From positions 62,001 to 126,000 of IMG/VR virus record IMGVR_UViG_3300020608_000013: a stretch of 64,000 bases of DNA. The stretch is one strand, 5' to 3'. Within the stretch, counting starts at the first letter, position 1, and every line of letters starts with the position of its first letter. This document shows, piece after piece, positions 9,895-19,115 of the stretch. Under the pieces are notes generated by a model. The model was not told the DNA's origin, made no database searches, and was given only the letters and a program-made list of their open reading frames with translations. A program made the translations under genes and the position numbers.

Positions 9895-11312
9895 AAAACC
9901 CATTCACAACCCTAACCATTATTGATAAAAAAGGGAAAAAGACAGGTTTACCTGTTTTAGATTTACCCTCTTTGCGTAAAGACACTATTGAACAAATCTA
10001 CAGTACAGAATACTTAGAAGGTGTTGATACATACTCTAAGGCCTCAGAATGGGCTGAGTGTATCCGTGAAGGCGGTGTTCTAGAAATTGATAATGGAGCA
10101 CTTAATAAAGTCGCAGACGATCCTAATAGAAACTGGTCTCAACAGTATGAACACGATGGGAAGGTGTTTAAGTCTAGTGAAGGCATTTTCAACGAGTTAA
10201 CTAATCGTCAACTTGAAGGTAAAAGAGCCATCGCTTATTACCAACGTACTCGTAAGATTGGTAATGTGTTCAACGTCTACCTACCGCATTCTGGTTTCTG
10301 GGTATCTGTCGAACCACCATCGAATACAAGTATCGTTAACCTAACCTCATTAATCACACAAACCACTATTTCACTAGGTCGTGAAACTAAAGGGTTGTAT
10401 TTATCATGTGATAACATTTTCACCAATTCACATATCACCGACCATGTTCTAAGTCACATTAAACAAACGAACATTAAAAATAGTCCGCATGAAGATTTAT
10501 CGATCATGCGTAAATTAGTAAAACCACAAGACTTACCTATTGTATTCTGGGGAGGCGCTTGTAGTAAATATCGTGATGGGGTAGTATATAGACATGCGTG
10601 TATTAACAAAGATGTTGAGAAACATTGTAACACGATCTACGAAGAGAAGTTGAACTTAGACAATCTTTGTATCACAGACTACGATGTACTAGATGAGGTA
10701 CAGAAGAAGAATCTGATTCAAAAAGGCGCTGGTAGTCTTGAACTGGAAGATATTGAGTCTTATCAAAATAAATTACACAAACCTGTCACGTACGTTAATA
10801 AGACCGAGTTAGATGGGGAAGAACTCACTATTAAAATCACGATCGAGTCTCCTAACCTACATGACTATTTCAATACAGGCATGGACTGGATTAATGGGTT
10901 AGTTGATACGGTTGAAGGGTTTATTGATTCTAGTAAAGAACTCGATCAGGATAAAGAGAGTCTATTGGAAGTGTATAACAAATCAACTAAGATGCGTACG
11001 TACCACCACTGGATCACTAAGATTGAGCTTGATACTAACATCATCACTGACAAACAAACTATCGGTGAACTGTTAACCAATATATCCTCAACAAGTGACG
11101 ATGGTATATTCATTGCTGAAAGTGTGAATAACTACATTAATCAAACAACGATTAGTTTAGTAGGTATACCAGAGTTTGATTGTACGAACTGTGGTAAACT
11201 ACAGGAAACTATAGAGCACGAGGGACTTTCTAAAGTTATTCCGTTGGATTACATGCAGCTTTTTATACTACTAGCTTTGGCACAATTAGCAAAGACGGCC
11301 CGCCAAGGCTAG
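9891..11312 (+). CDS. Conserved phiKZ gp77-like protein with CxxC; possible tail/baseplate assembly chaperone
   Basis: 473 aa, GGAG RBS, C-terminal FDCTNCG knuckle; lies between the gp75-like and gp79-like genes. Confidence 0.6.
   Translation: MKNPFTTLTIIDKKGKKTGLPVLDLPSLRKDTIEQIYSTEYLEGVDTYSKASEWAECIREGGVLEIDNGALNKVADDPNRNWSQQYEHDGKVFKSSEGIFNELTNRQLEGKRAIAYYQRTRKIGNVFNVYLPHSGFWVSVEPPSNTSIVNLTSLITQTTISLGRETKGLYLSCDNIFTNSHITDHVLSHIKQTNIKNSPHEDLSIMRKLVKPQDLPIVFWGGACSKYRDGVVYRHACINKDVEKHCNTIYEEKLNLDNLCITDYDVLDEVQKKNLIQKGAGSLELEDIESYQNKLHKPVTYVNKTELDGEELTIKITIESPNLHDYFNTGMDWINGLVDTVEGFIDSSKELDQDKESLLEVYNKSTKMRTYHHWITKIELDTNIITDKQTIGELLTNISSTSDDGIFIAESVNNYINQTTISLVGIPEFDCTNCGKLQETIEHEGLSKVIPLDYMQLFILLALAQLAKTARQG
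11260..11312 (+). promoter_or_regulatory. Candidate programmed -1 ribosomal frameshift signal
   Basis: CTT TTT slippery T-run (11260-11264), 6-nt spacer, 11-bp stem CTAGCTTTGGC/GCCAAGGCTAG (11271-11281/11302-11312, one G-U pair); the -1 frame is open from 11234 to 11719. Confidence 0.6.
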
Positions 11313-11719
11313 AAAGGCAACACCATGTTACTAATAGAGATTTTAGTAACGGTATTAATCTAAAGCACTACGTTAACGAGGTATTAGGGTCTGTAAATGT
11401 TAAAAGTAGGACGGATCGTCAGATCATTATGAATGACATGTATCTCCATACGTTCAACATCTACCCTGCGTTAAAACCTGATAGAGTGTTAGGTTTTGCA
11501 GCTCTCCATGAGGCAGAGACCAACATCAACGACCACTTGTTAAACATGTATCACAGGGATTATTTAGACTACCAAATAAAACAACTTTGGGGCTACACAT
11601 TCTCAGAATACATGGATTTAACTTACTCGTATACAAAAAAATTAAACATGTTAAGTGAAGAGGAACTCCAACGGCGTTCCTTAAGAGAGCAACTACTTAC
11701 TGAAAACATGGGAGACTAA
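11264..11719 (+). CDS. -1-frame extension of the gp77-like gene (gp78-like); track ORF 11429-11719 is only its C-terminal part
   Basis: Frame is open from 11234 with no ATG, GTG or TTG before 11429 and reads ...FYTTSFGTISKDGPPRLERQHHVTNRDFSNGINLKHYVNEVLGSVNVKSRTDRQIIMNDMYL... Confidence 0.6.
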   Translation, partial: YTTSFGTISKDGPPRLERQHHVTNRDFSNGINLKHYVNEVLGSVNVKSRTDRQIIMNDMYLHTFNIYPALKPDRVLGFAALHEAETNINDHLLNMYHRDYLDYQIKQLWGYTFSEYMDLTYSYTKKLNMLSEEELQRRSLREQLLTENMGD

Positions 11720-11721
11720 AT

Positions 11722-11759
11722 TAACAACACACACTACCAGAATGTAGTGTGTGTTGTTA
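11722..11759. terminator. Bidirectional terminator hairpin
   Basis: 16-bp perfect stem TAACAACACACACTAC/GTAGTGTGTGTTGTTA between convergent genes. Confidence 0.8.
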
Positions 11760-11764
11760 TTGTA

Positions 11765-12196
11765 TTACCGATCGGCACTTTCAACTACGGCTTTCCAAAT
11801 AGCGGAAGCGCGTACCACATCAGAACTATGTCCCGATTTATTGAAATTATAATAGGCTTCTTTATAATCCACCCACATGGTCTTCATAGTATCCATGTCT
11901 CTATTGTTGGCAACTACGCTATTCCCAACGTAACGACTATAGCAGAAGCGTGTATACGTCTCTTCCTTAGCGTTTCGATAAGCGCGACCTTTATGGAATA
12001 TATCGAGTGTTACTACGTTATCGATCTCAACAAGCGCTTCTTCAAGAACTTCAGCGCGTGCCGCTTTAGCTAACGACCCGTGATCACTAATACCACCACC
12101 AGGTAGTGTTGTATAAGACTCCTCGCCCTCACTACCAACAACAAGTAAAACCTGACCTTGATCGTTAAGGACAACAGTCTCTACTCTAAATCTCAT
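11765..12196 (-). CDS. Nudix hydrolase
   Basis: Nudix-box-like LPGGGISDHGSLAKAARAEVLEEAL and N-terminal VVLNDQGQVLLV strand; 143 aa. Confidence 0.8.
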   Translation of the reverse strand: MRFRVETVVLNDQGQVLLVVGSEGEESYTTLPGGGISDHGSLAKAARAEVLEEALVEIDNVVTLDIFHKGRAYRNAKEETYTRFCYSRYVGNSVVANNRDMDTMKTMWVDYKEAYYNFNKSGHSSDVVRASAIWKAVVESADR

Positions 12197-12197
12197 C

Positions 12198-13673
12198 TTA
12201 TTTCACCTTCTTATCTTTCTTAAGGGGCGGTGCTCCGTAATAACAAATACGTTTAACACGCTCCTCCATTAATACAATTTTATCGTAATGATATTGTACT
12301 TGTTTAGCAATATCGAGACAATATAAATAACTAAAAAACAACTCGCGCCCTTTAATAGGTCTAGGACGATAAAGCGCTTGTAAATTACTAGACGCTTTAG
12401 ATAACGAGGTTGTCATAATAGCTGATGTTAAATTAGGTATGTCTACTAGTTCGCCAGATTTCGTTAATGTAGACACACATATATCAGTGTTATAAAGGTT
12501 AGCTTCAGGCTCACCTTGCACAAAACGCGTGACGCTCAATTTAGGGTATCGGTTGGCCAAATGGTCAATAATAGCGTCAATCATTTTTAGACTACTCGCA
12601 TAGATAAGACAACAATCACCTTCTCTATAATCTTTAAAGTAAGTACTAATAACAATTTGTTCAATCATTTGCAACCATGCTTTAAGATAGCTACCTGACA
12701 TTAACCACATCTCGAAAGTAATATGATTATACTCGTCACGCCCTGGAATGCGCCAACGTATATCTTTACGCTTAACTCCTTGTAGTTTATAATTAAACGC
12801 GTTAAGTGTAATATACCTATCATAATCCTTATCGATATAACGATTCTTCGTAGGAAAATAGGTTTGATAAACCACTTCGAGCGAATCATCATCTGTGATA
12901 AATGTACCTGATAAATTAATATCGTATGGTGTATCCATAAACAACTTAATACGTGCTACTGTTTTAAACTCGCGATGTATCTCGTCAAATATAAAAGCAC
13001 CAAGCTGTAACTTTTCTAAAACATAATCTAGTTTATAGGGGTACTTATCCTCATCGCAAATTAAATCGTAACATGCTTTAAAACCTATTATTACTGCTTT
13101 AAAAGAACCTACTATTAACCTACCATTAAGATAATTATCAACCATTTTACTTGATTTAAGTATAAGTACTTCACTTTCCTTTATTGCAAAATATTTATCA
13201 AGATCAGATAACCATTTTGACACATAGGTGTTCTTTACAATAATACCTAAACGATATTCAATTAAACTAACGGCTTTCATTGCACAGTAAGTTTTACCTT
13301 TACCCATTACAAGTTCGCAAAGTTTAGAACTAATTTCACTACTACTTAAATACTTTATAGGTTTTTTCTGATAGGGTCTATCAATAAACGTTTCGTTCAT
13401 CGAATAGTCTTGCATTACCCCATAAAAACGCGAATAGTGTAATTCAATATTCGCGTTTTTAACTTCCTCTATTTCTTTAACCTCATCATACAAACCCACT
13501 GGAAAACGCAACTCCGTACCATTATCATAATAATAAGTAGTGTACGTCTCTTCCTCCCCGCTCATATGATCCTGTAATTTTAATTTACCATCGAGAAAAA
13601 ATTTAATAGCGTTGTATTCCTCACTAGTTAGTTCCTTAGCTAATACACGTTGATACCCACATTTTAAAATCAT
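12198..13673 (-). CDS. SF2 (UvsW/Rad3-like) DNA helicase (phiKZ gp75-like)
   Basis: Walker A MGKGKT, motif II FDEIH, motif III LSGT, motif VI QALYRPR; immediately downstream of the gp74-like gene. Confidence 0.88.
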   Translation of the reverse strand: MILKCGYQRVLAKELTSEEYNAIKFFLDGKLKLQDHMSGEEETYTTYYYDNGTELRFPVGLYDEVKEIEEVKNANIELHYSRFYGVMQDYSMNETFIDRPYQKKPIKYLSSSEISSKLCELVMGKGKTYCAMKAVSLIEYRLGIIVKNTYVSKWLSDLDKYFAIKESEVLILKSSKMVDNYLNGRLIVGSFKAVIIGFKACYDLICDEDKYPYKLDYVLEKLQLGAFIFDEIHREFKTVARIKLFMDTPYDINLSGTFITDDDSLEVVYQTYFPTKNRYIDKDYDRYITLNAFNYKLQGVKRKDIRWRIPGRDEYNHITFEMWLMSGSYLKAWLQMIEQIVISTYFKDYREGDCCLIYASSLKMIDAIIDHLANRYPKLSVTRFVQGEPEANLYNTDICVSTLTKSGELVDIPNLTSAIMTTSLSKASSNLQALYRPRPIKGRELFFSYLYCLDIAKQVQYHYDKIVLMEERVKRICYYGAPPLKKDKKVK

Positions 13674-13701
13674 AATATGTCCTAAAATAAAAAAGAGTTT
13701 G

Positions 13702-13723
13702 AACGCACCTATTCAGGTGCGTT
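13702..13723 (-). terminator. Rho-independent terminator at the end of the gp74-like gene
   Basis: 9-bp stem AACGCACCT/AGGTGCGTT; U-rich tract follows on the minus strand. Confidence 0.6.
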
Positions 13724-15661
13724 ATATTTAAACCATTCTTCTGGAGAAACCAGTACATCGTAAGCAGAATCTGGGCGATTCTCCTGAAAGTAATTCCTAG
13801 AATTGCGGTATGTCTCTCTATGGCTCTCATAAGCTAGTTGTGCTGAAAGCGATCTATTCTTAAGGACTTCACTTAATATACCCAGTGTAGGGTTATCACT
13901 ATGTCTAGCAAGACCTGTTGTGAGTCCATCACACATCATAGCATAAATAGCCACTTCAGTGATTGCTATGTTAATGGTCATCTTTTTATTAACTAGATTA
14001 TATAGTTCTAACAATACGGAATCGTATCGCCCTTTCTTCACCCTGTCCCAATACAACGATTTTTTAGACTCGAGTAATGAAGCTATCTCGTCGGCAAACA
14101 ACGACATCTTATACTCCATTGCAGGCGCTCTAAATACAGGTGAATTAAAATCCCACTCATCTAAGTGGATAATGATGCGATTACTATCACTTATTGTATA
14201 TCTTTTACGATTAACGTACCTAACTAATTCCTCGCTAAGATGTACGGCTTTCTTGGGGACTATATCGAAAAACACGTCGAGTCCATTCTCCTCATCAACT
14301 AACCCTACAGACATAACCCAAGAGATCGTGTAAATATCTAACCGACGAACATCTTTAGATAACACAATATCATTAAGCCCACGAATATCCTTTGCTTTAA
14401 ATTTAAGATAGGCGTTTTTAGATAGTTTCAAACTCTTCTTAAAGTAAAAAAGGAATGAATGCTCACGCCGCTCAAGTACTGAAGTGGCGCGATCGTCAAG
14501 TTTAATCAAGCTCCCTAAGTCTGTCGAAGCATGGTGTTTCTCTTTCAATACTTTACCCGCCACACTCGCATTTAACTGACTTATCGTCTGTACGCCTAAA
14601 TTACCACCTGTGAATAGATTATAATATAGCTCACCAAAGCAAGTGGAGCACACTTGTGTAGGGTCTTTTAACTGACACTTATGTGCTGAACGGAGTTGTA
14701 GTGTTTCCCCATACAAATGGGTATCCCCTTCCTTAATGACTTGAAGTGCATCGATAGAGGGATCGTAGTAGTACTTACCTATTAAAGAAGGAAGCATATC
14801 AAACCCCTCACCTTTATTGACTTTAATCTCTAGGTACTTTTTCGACCCACAATCACCTTTAACAATCCCTGATACAACCATCATGTTCAGTTGTGACCGT
14901 CGAGCCATATACTCAACCTGACCAAGGTCGTCTTGCTGATAGGCTAAAGCTCGTGCTGCCGTACTAGATTCTGCACACACATCATACAGTGAAGATAGTC
15001 CATTATAATACCCTGTTGTAATAGGGTATTTATAAACCATAGCTGTCGCATCAGACCGTTTACCCACTGGACCAATAATAGATAACAGTTGGTCGACTTT
15101 CGTAGATTTGATCATCACAACAAATCGAATAGGGCTTTTCTTAAACTTGTCCTTTGTAAGTATAACTTGCTTAATACGTTTTTTCGCTTCTACAGCATCG
15201 ATAACCCCTTCATTAGCTTGTTGGTTAATATATTTAATATCTTCATCCAACATAATGAGTCTGTAATCAAACCCTGATAGGGGTATCATATACTCTTCTG
15301 CGATCGAATATATTTTAGTATTAATGTCATTGACTACCCCGTAGATTAAACGGTCTATATGCTCACGATCTTCGAGCGTATTGAAGAACCCGAAAAGTCT
15401 TAACGTTGCGTAAATATCATTAATGATGGTACCGTGGGTATGCTTTGTGACCAACACATCTTTCTGAAGAACATGTGTGGTTTTAAGCGGGATTGCATAC
15501 TGCTCATGTACTTTCCAAAACACCCTTGAGTAGGTTAATCTCGATCGTGTAGTATGTATCTCACCATCATCACACTTGGCTAATAAAGTACCTTTTGGAA
15601 GATCGTCATAAATTTCTTCAGGACTTAAGTTCAACAACTCTCTAACATCAACCACACTCAT
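13709..15661 (-). CDS. Non-virion RNA polymerase beta' subunit, C-terminal part (phiKZ gp74-like)
   Basis: GPVGKRSD, GDCGS, LRSAHKC and VCSTCFG zinc ligands, KHHAST trigger-loop-like motif, RSLSAQLAYE. Confidence 0.88.
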   Translation of the reverse strand: MSVVDVRELLNLSPEEIYDDLPKGTLLAKCDDGEIHTTRSRLTYSRVFWKVHEQYAIPLKTTHVLQKDVLVTKHTHGTIINDIYATLRLFGFFNTLEDREHIDRLIYGVVNDINTKIYSIAEEYMIPLSGFDYRLIMLDEDIKYINQQANEGVIDAVEAKKRIKQVILTKDKFKKSPIRFVVMIKSTKVDQLLSIIGPVGKRSDATAMVYKYPITTGYYNGLSSLYDVCAESSTAARALAYQQDDLGQVEYMARRSQLNMMVVSGIVKGDCGSKKYLEIKVNKGEGFDMLPSLIGKYYYDPSIDALQVIKEGDTHLYGETLQLRSAHKCQLKDPTQVCSTCFGELYYNLFTGGNLGVQTISQLNASVAGKVLKEKHHASTDLGSLIKLDDRATSVLERREHSFLFYFKKSLKLSKNAYLKFKAKDIRGLNDIVLSKDVRRLDIYTISWVMSVGLVDEENGLDVFFDIVPKKAVHLSEELVRYVNRKRYTISDSNRIIIHLDEWDFNSPVFRAPAMEYKMSLFADEIASLLESKKSLYWDRVKKGRYDSVLLELYNLVNKKMTINIAITEVAIYAMMCDGLTTGLARHSDNPTLGILSEVLKNRSLSAQLAYESHRETYRNSRNYFQENRPDSAYDVLVSPEEWFKYNAPE

Positions 15662-17790
15662 TTATAAACTCCTTTAGGGGGTACGTAAACAAAATCACAG
15701 CCAAAACAATTATTTATAAGCCGTACTACTTTTAATGGCCCTGTTGGTAAACGAAGTGTCTCTTTACTAACAGCACGTTCTATCCTAGCTGGGTTTGGAG
15801 CATATAGAATAGATTTAGAAATTTCATGCAGTGCTGCCGTCGTGTTGCGCGACATCTCTTCATAAGTCGTTGCAGGGCCGTTATACGCTAGACTAGCTCG
15901 ACTCTCTGACTCACCTTGGTTACGCGTAGGTACATCACGATGGGGTCTATTAGACATGGTTGACATTTTTGAGGGTATGTCATAGTGTGAAGTGGGTCGT
16001 ACAGAACATACGTTAAAATTGTCTCCTATGCGGTTTAATGCTAAGTAGTAAATAGGCGCTATAATACAAGGGTTTTTAGTAAGTCGTCTACGACCATCGT
16101 GACTCGTAAAATAGACTTGATCAACCACAGGCTTGTAAATTTTCTCCATAGCCTCCATTGCTTCGGCATGTTGGTATGGGTTGTCTATATGTAGCGGAGC
16201 TATGATGTGGATATGTAACGTCTCACCTATAACATGTACTTTCTCATCATGTGTAGCACTCACATAAACATCACTATCATCGGGACAAAAATGTGTTATG
16301 AATAGTAAGTAGTGGGTGTAGGCTTTACTCAACTTATCCTTACCTTCTCTTTGCACAAAAGCCTTAGCCTCAGCAACACTACCGAAACTACCTTCATATC
16401 TAGGCAAGCCATATATTTCACGGATAGCGCCCTCTACTTGCATAGCCATAAAAGTAACATCTTGTTCATGTAGTCTACCTATATTAGTGCGGTTTGTTGT
16501 CGCTCCACCATAAGCAACCACATCAGCTACAATACCATCTTTGGTACAAGGCATTTCACTAGCAGGTAACGCGTTACAATTGATACCTTTACCACCAATC
16601 AAATCCGTCATTTTGAAACGCACGCCCATTTCATGTATTTGTAATGTTTTAATGATTACTTGATAACCATTTATTTTCCTAACCTTATGTTGTAGAGAAA
16701 TGTTATTTTTCGGTACCGATGCAAGTAGTAATGATTTAGACCACACTAACGCAGTATGGAGTTCGTCAGTCACCGTCTCTGGTGAATATGTTAAACCATA
16801 CTCTTCAAGACCGCGATCGACAGCATATTGTAAGTTTCGCTGAAAGGTTAAGTAGGCAAGGGATAAATCATCGAGTTGCTTATGCCAATAGTTTAAACTA
16901 TTACGTACCTTAGCTTGCCGTGTGACCGTAATATCTTGAATAATGCTACCTGTAGGTGCAAGATACTCTGTATCAAAGATGACATCATGTTCTCTCGCAC
17001 GCTCCATTGTTGCGCTAATAGGTATGCCATCATATTCCTTTTTAACAGCAAGTAGACCATTCTTTACTACACCACCAATAACATCAAGCGGTCTGTATTC
17101 CTCATCGTCACCGAATATATTGGCAAGGTATGTCTCACCCCCAACATTAAATCGAGTCGTGTTGTGCGTGACGAACTTCCGTTTCTTTAATGTGTCCTCG
17201 TTGACTAGTAAAGCATCTTCATTACTTAATCGATGTGATATAAAGAGTGTGTTCAAAAGCATACCGAATGAATAATAGTCCTCGTATATCGACTGTGGTT
17301 CAATAATAGATTCGTCTTTTTCGTACACCGCTCCTATTTTTAACTTACCCTCAATTACCTCTTTATACATAAACCCAAACCTTGTATCGAAACGATCCAT
17401 ATATCTAGGTAACTCTAGTAAGCCTATATGCCTGTGCGTAAGTGAATAATAAACTGCATACGTCAATGGGTTATTTTTGGAATTAGGGTATTTCTTAACA
17501 ACATCAATTATCTTTAGATCGCAAGGCGCTCTGACACTAATCGTGGTATTACGTAGACCATCGGTGGCTGTGTTATGCCAATAAGGTATATCGACTAAAC
17601 CACCATTCACTGTAGATAACGATAAACCTTGGCTACGCTGCAACATACTCATAGCTGCCCTCGGTGAAGAACAATACCTCGACCAAGGGTAAGTGCCGTC
17701 AATATGATGGGCACGTATACCCACCTCCGTAGTTAACGGATTATTCAAACGCTCTTTTACCTGTTTTTCTAATACATTGTAGTCGTACAT
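15658..17790 (-). CDS. Non-virion RNA polymerase beta subunit, C-terminal part (phiKZ gp71/73-like)
   Basis: SSPRAAM, SNEDA, KMTDLIGGKG, ADVVAYGGATTNRTN, RNQGESE, all RpoB C-terminal-type motifs. Confidence 0.9.
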   Translation of the reverse strand: MYDYNVLEKQVKERLNNPLTTEVGIRAHHIDGTYPWSRYCSSPRAAMSMLQRSQGLSLSTVNGGLVDIPYWHNTATDGLRNTTISVRAPCDLKIIDVVKKYPNSKNNPLTYAVYYSLTHRHIGLLELPRYMDRFDTRFGFMYKEVIEGKLKIGAVYEKDESIIEPQSIYEDYYSFGMLLNTLFISHRLSNEDALLVNEDTLKKRKFVTHNTTRFNVGGETYLANIFGDDEEYRPLDVIGGVVKNGLLAVKKEYDGIPISATMERAREHDVIFDTEYLAPTGSIIQDITVTRQAKVRNSLNYWHKQLDDLSLAYLTFQRNLQYAVDRGLEEYGLTYSPETVTDELHTALVWSKSLLLASVPKNNISLQHKVRKINGYQVIIKTLQIHEMGVRFKMTDLIGGKGINCNALPASEMPCTKDGIVADVVAYGGATTNRTNIGRLHEQDVTFMAMQVEGAIREIYGLPRYEGSFGSVAEAKAFVQREGKDKLSKAYTHYLLFITHFCPDDSDVYVSATHDEKVHVIGETLHIHIIAPLHIDNPYQHAEAMEAMEKIYKPVVDQVYFTSHDGRRRLTKNPCIIAPIYYLALNRIGDNFNVCSVRPTSHYDIPSKMSTMSNRPHRDVPTRNQGESESRASLAYNGPATTYEEMSRNTTAALHEISKSILYAPNPARIERAVSKETLRLPTGPLKVVRLINNCFGCDFVYVPPKGVYK

Positions 17791-17805
17791 TTAAAGGTTC
17801 CTTTT

Positions 17806-18147
17806 ATGAATATTATTGATTTATTAAAAAGCAATACCGCGAACGTAAGTTACCAAGACCCTTCGTTCGTACATATGTTTCGTACCATGATCCCTGTTTA
17901 TAAAAAGGCTGGGAAAATCACAAAAAAAGAAATCCGACCAGTCGCCACTCATAAACATGAGGGCGACTTTTTTGGACTTCTACAACACTTAGGTATTGCT
18001 AAAGAACTACACGTAGTTCACCTACTGATCAACAATTTAAACTCGCCAGGCGATTACCTGGGCGAGACAAATAGTATCTATGTTATAAATGAAGAAGTTG
18101 TTAACGACTTATATAACATGAGTGCCACAGAAGAGATATTTATTTAA
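17806..18147 (+). CDS. Small conserved protein on the opposite strand inside the minus-strand RNAP block
   Basis: 113-aa ORF with AAAGG RBS; stop overlaps the stop region of 18144-19103. Confidence 0.7.
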   Translation: MNIIDLLKSNTANVSYQDPSFVHMFRTMIPVYKKAGKITKKEIRPVATHKHEGDFFGLLQHLGIAKELHVVHLLINNLNSPGDYLGETNSIYVINEEVVNDLYNMSATEEIFI

Positions 18148-19103
18148 AATATACTCTTATATTTTTGGGAGGTGGGTTGTGACTCAAACAAGGTTTTCTT
18201 CCCACGCTGCTGCTTCGCCCACTCGCTGTATGACATCTTTCCTTTAGGTTTCTCCTCTTGAGGTTTGTTTTTGAAGAGCGGCTCGCTCTTCGGCTCTTTA
18301 GGGTTGGGCGCAACCTTCGGTTGTTTAAGTTCTAATGTTGGGAGTGCGTTTATCACCCCGCTATTGAGATCAAAGTTCTCTATAAAGGTCTCAATAATTT
18401 CCCAATCATCGAATTCAATTAACTCGGTTTTCGATTCAATTGTTTTTATTAACGAATTATTTTTATTAATTCGTTTAATTAAAGAAATGACTGCTTTAAG
18501 GTATGTGTATGTATTAGGCGCAAGCAGCGCTCTTGACTCTATCTTAAACGAGTCAAAACCAACTAACTCCTCATAAAAGTCGCTCATTGGTTCACGATCT
18601 TTAAGCGCAAAATACTTACTATTTTTAGTAGCGGGCACGCTACCTAAAACATCCAGTATATCTGAGGTGACTTTAGTATACACTATTACGCCGTTACTAT
18701 CATTCACTCTACCAATAAAGGTAGATAATAAACTATTTTCCGCCCATAATGTAGGTGTGGATAATAGTTTATTTGCACCTACACTAAGGTTTGTCGGAAC
18801 CTTAGCTAAAAGCTTAACCATTTCATTGCTAGCGGTATGACCATCAATCGCCTTACTAATTTCTAGTAAAGCTTTCATTTGAGCATATATACTCAAATTG
18901 ATTTTAAGGTCAAACGCCTTTTTTAACTCCCATAGTGAATCGTTGGGTGGTGTACCCAATGGTTCACCAAATGGGTGGAACACCTTTTCTAGCGGTGTTT
19001 CACTGAGCACTGCTTCAGTGGGCAGAGGTCTTGCCACACCCTCATCTATCGAGGCACACTTCAAGAGTGTTTGATAAAACACAATTAATTTTTCACGTTT
19101 CAT
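18144..19103 (-). CDS. Conserved phiKZ gp70-like protein
   Basis: 319 aa with P/K-rich C-terminal tail; assigned by synteny between picA and the RNAP beta gene. Confidence 0.55.
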   Translation of the reverse strand: MKREKLIVFYQTLLKCASIDEGVARPLPTEAVLSETPLEKVFHPFGEPLGTPPNDSLWELKKAFDLKINLSIYAQMKALLEISKAIDGHTASNEMVKLLAKVPTNLSVGANKLLSTPTLWAENSLLSTFIGRVNDSNGVIVYTKVTSDILDVLGSVPATKNSKYFALKDREPMSDFYEELVGFDSFKIESRALLAPNTYTYLKAVISLIKRINKNNSLIKTIESKTELIEFDDWEIIETFIENFDLNSGVINALPTLELKQPKVAPNPKEPKSEPLFKNKPQEEKPKGKMSYSEWAKQQRGKKTLFESQPTSQKYKSIF

Positions 19104-19115
19104 ATTTTTCCGCCT

